NCBI RefSeq assembly: GCF_964355755.1
Contig: NC_092674.1
Location: forward strand, 27,714,001 to 27,778,000
Origin: Antedon mediterranea
Taxonomy: Eukaryota; Animalia; Echinodermata
DNA length: 64,000 nucleotides
Direction of reading: 5' to 3'
Both the position numbers and the translations under genes were made by a program. Position 1 is the first letter of the stretch. The number at the start of each line of letters is the position of its first letter. Below the pieces are notes generated by a model, which ran no database searches, was not told the DNA's origin, and saw nothing but the letters and a program-made list of their open reading frames with translations. Positions 62,301-64,000 of this stretch are shown one piece after another.

Positions 62301-63655
62301 TTCAACCCTCGAACGCCACACTTTAGGGGTGAGGCTTACTGTATATCTACACCTATCATTTTGCCAATAACCCCAGCATATTTCTGCTTCAAAATGCCCT
62401 AAAAGTATTTGTTACCAACCATTAATTTCTACACATTAAAATACTTTCCATTTTGATCATGCATTATTATATTTTAAAGTTTAATATTTTTGTATTTTGC
62501 TTGTTTCCATTATTTAATACTCTACACAAGTTCGTCATTTTTTGTTTGTTAAAAATAACTAACACTATTGTCGAAAACGCAGCCTACTTCACCCTCCACG
62601 TCTAAAAATCAACACCTTTCTACATTTTATTTTACCAGTTTAAATTTGCATGTTGTGAATATATTGTATTAAAATATATAAATTTGTAATTGTAGTTCTT
62701 AATTATATTTTGTGATTTGTGAAATGCTGTAAGCAGGTCAATATACATTCCTATTTGCAATGGTAACCCGATGCCTTGTAACATTTTATATGATTTCGTG
62801 AACGTTGTGCTACTGTGTTGTTTAGATATATTTGTCTAGATATATTTGTCTATTATGTATTAAACTTTATATAAAATGTGTACATATATTGATATTAATA
62901 ATAATACCGTCCATATCTGTATATCTTTATCTTTATCGTAATTATTCCATCCATACCTTGCATCTGCAATATATTATATTCAAAATGAGCTTTAATATAT
63001 ATATTATATATACATATACATATAACTTAATATTGATATTTACAAGTATATTATATAGTGTTATAATTGCTTTTTTTGTTTCCATTGTTTTTGCTTACAA
63101 TTAACGCCATATATGTATTTCATTTTCAAATATATATTGTTTTGCATATCAATTTTTAATAATGTTGCAATAAATATTTATTTTACATAATTTATGATTT
63201 ACTTTTGTTTTCTTTTTAATTCATGTTTTTGTTATTAAACAATTTTAATATATGGTTTCATAACCAATAGAAGAATGTTAATAGTTCATCTACATTAATA
63301 TAATCAAAATCATCAGTATTATAATATAATCATTATTAACATACTGTACTGTAACTGTCATTATCATCATCATCATTATCATTGGTATCACTATCAACAT
63401 GACTATTATCATATTAATATCGCATGTACTGTATCAGTATCATAATCATACAATTTTGATTTATATTATATATGAAATGAGTATCAATAGAATTGGTAAG
63501 TAATCTAAAATATAAATATGAGTTAAAATTATTATATATTTATTATAATTTAAGGTTTACATTTTGTAATGTTTAAATGATGTGTCTTTATTTTCAGATC
63601 AACTGGCGAGGAATTTGCTCTCAAAATTATTGATAAGAAAAAGTGCAAAGGAAAG
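49633..63655 (+). CDS. DCLK: doublecortin-like Ser/Thr kinase (two DCX domains plus start of kinase domain); 3'-partial
   Basis: Exons 49633-50349, 51442-51538, 51655-51756, 51940-52136, 59925-59988, 61729-61939, 63598-63655, all GT-AG with consistent phases. Motifs: [84 protein letters not shown]. Confidence 0.95.
51442..51538 (+). CDS. DCLK: DCLK exon (DCX2 end)
   Basis: tgtag|...|gtattt; [29 protein letters not shown]. Confidence 0.93.
51655..51756 (+). CDS. DCLK: DCLK exon (S/P-rich linker)
   Basis: cacag|...|gtaaga; [33 protein letters not shown]. Confidence 0.85.
51940..52136 (+). CDS. DCLK: DCLK exon (S/P-rich linker)
   Basis: ttgcag|...AAG|gtacga; [20 protein letters not shown]...AASAK. 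Confidence 0.85.
52256..52540 (-). mobile_element. RTE-clade LINE 3' end fragment
   Basis: [39 protein letters not shown] is a typical RTE ORF C-terminus; followed by a (TAGA)n tail. Confidence 0.85.
52583..52692. repeat. 12-bp minisatellite (AACTCGCGACCW)n
   Basis: About 9 units. Confidence 0.92.
56337..56678. mobile_element. MITE family C copy
   Basis: TTAA-flanked, same TIRs. Confidence 0.85.
58856..59219. mobile_element. two MITE family A copies within a local tandem duplication
   Basis: AAAACCTCATCAAATATTATCT..CTTCACTAA plus MITE occurs twice (from about 58822 and 59007). Confidence 0.75.
59925..59988 (+). CDS. DCLK: DCLK exon (Ser-rich linker)
   Basis: ccttag|AAG...GGA G|gtatta; [21 protein letters not shown]; bridges phase 0 to phase 1. 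Confidence 0.82.
60296..61371. mobile_element. MULE-like non-autonomous foldback element with 10-bp TSD
   Basis: GCCAATGTCT|GGGTGTCACGAAAGC...GCTTTCGTGACACCC|GCCAATGTCT; near-perfect TIRs of about 90 bp with CACGAAAGCT subrepeats, plus further internal inverted blocks. Confidence 0.85.
61729..61939 (+). CDS. DCLK: DCLK exon (kinase subdomain I)
   Basis: gttag|...AG|gtgaat; [22 protein letters not shown]. Confidence 0.93.
63598..63655 (+). CDS. DCLK: DCLK exon (kinase subdomain II, catalytic Lys)
   Basis: ttcag|...AAG|gttagt; [19 protein letters not shown]. Confidence 0.93.
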
Positions 63656-63805
63656 GTTAGTAATTATCACTAAAGTACATTTTTGTTATATTGAGGTTAA
63701 TTTTTAAAAATCTAGATGTTTTTGCAATTTATAGTATCTCCACGGTTAAAACATATTAAAATTTAAGCCAGTCTTTAAGGAGTTTTTGATCTATACTCTA
63801 ATATA

Positions 63806-63897
63806 AGCTGTGTTCCCACTGTTGAATGATCCATCGTGTCGTGATTGGTTAAATTACTTACGGTGGTCTTGTGTTGCATCCAAGTGGGAACCAAGCA
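63806..63897. mobile_element. MITE family B copy, internally deleted
   Basis: AGCTGTGTTCCCACT...AGTGGGAACCAAGCA. Confidence 0.7.
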
Positions 63898-64000
63898 TTA
63901 CCTTCTTTATGGATTAAATTCCATAATAAAGACAAGACAATGAATGCGTAATTTAATTTTTCTAAAAATTTACATTGTATAAATGCTGTATTTGAAACAA

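Overview
AT-rich animal genomic DNA, probably from a marine invertebrate; the species cannot be established from the sequence alone. Four protein-coding genes are supported, all on the + strand. (1) A KIBRA/WWC-family Hippo-pathway scaffold: 21 GT-AG exons from 6850 to the stop at 24770, frame-consistent throughout, with the WW1 exon apparently upstream of the window. (2, 3) Two class A GPCRs with intronless coding regions and a GPR161-like orphan appearance (29357-30412, 37802-38728). (4) The 5' part of a doublecortin-like kinase (DCLK): 7 coding exons from 49633 to 63655, continuing past the window. Introns and intergenic DNA are dense in non-autonomous DNA transposons (TWA-TSD PIF/Harbinger-type, TTAA Kolobok-type, TA-flanked Tc1/pogo-type, hAT-type, MULE-like foldback), tRNA-derived SINEs, LINE 3' ends and minisatellites. 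The most unusual observations are: several tiny CAT...ATG inverted-repeat insertions, most with 7-bp target duplications, resembling P-element excision footprints, one with its empty site visible in a local duplication; Penelope-type minimal hammerhead-like motifs, one inside an inverted repeat whose loop is an inverted copy of nearby DNA; an array of about 18 small hairpins in the predicted KIBRA 3' UTR; a KIBRA C-terminus lacking the vertebrate PDZ motif; and a candidate alternative first exon for a kinase-only DCLK. All coordinates were read by eye; no database searches were run.
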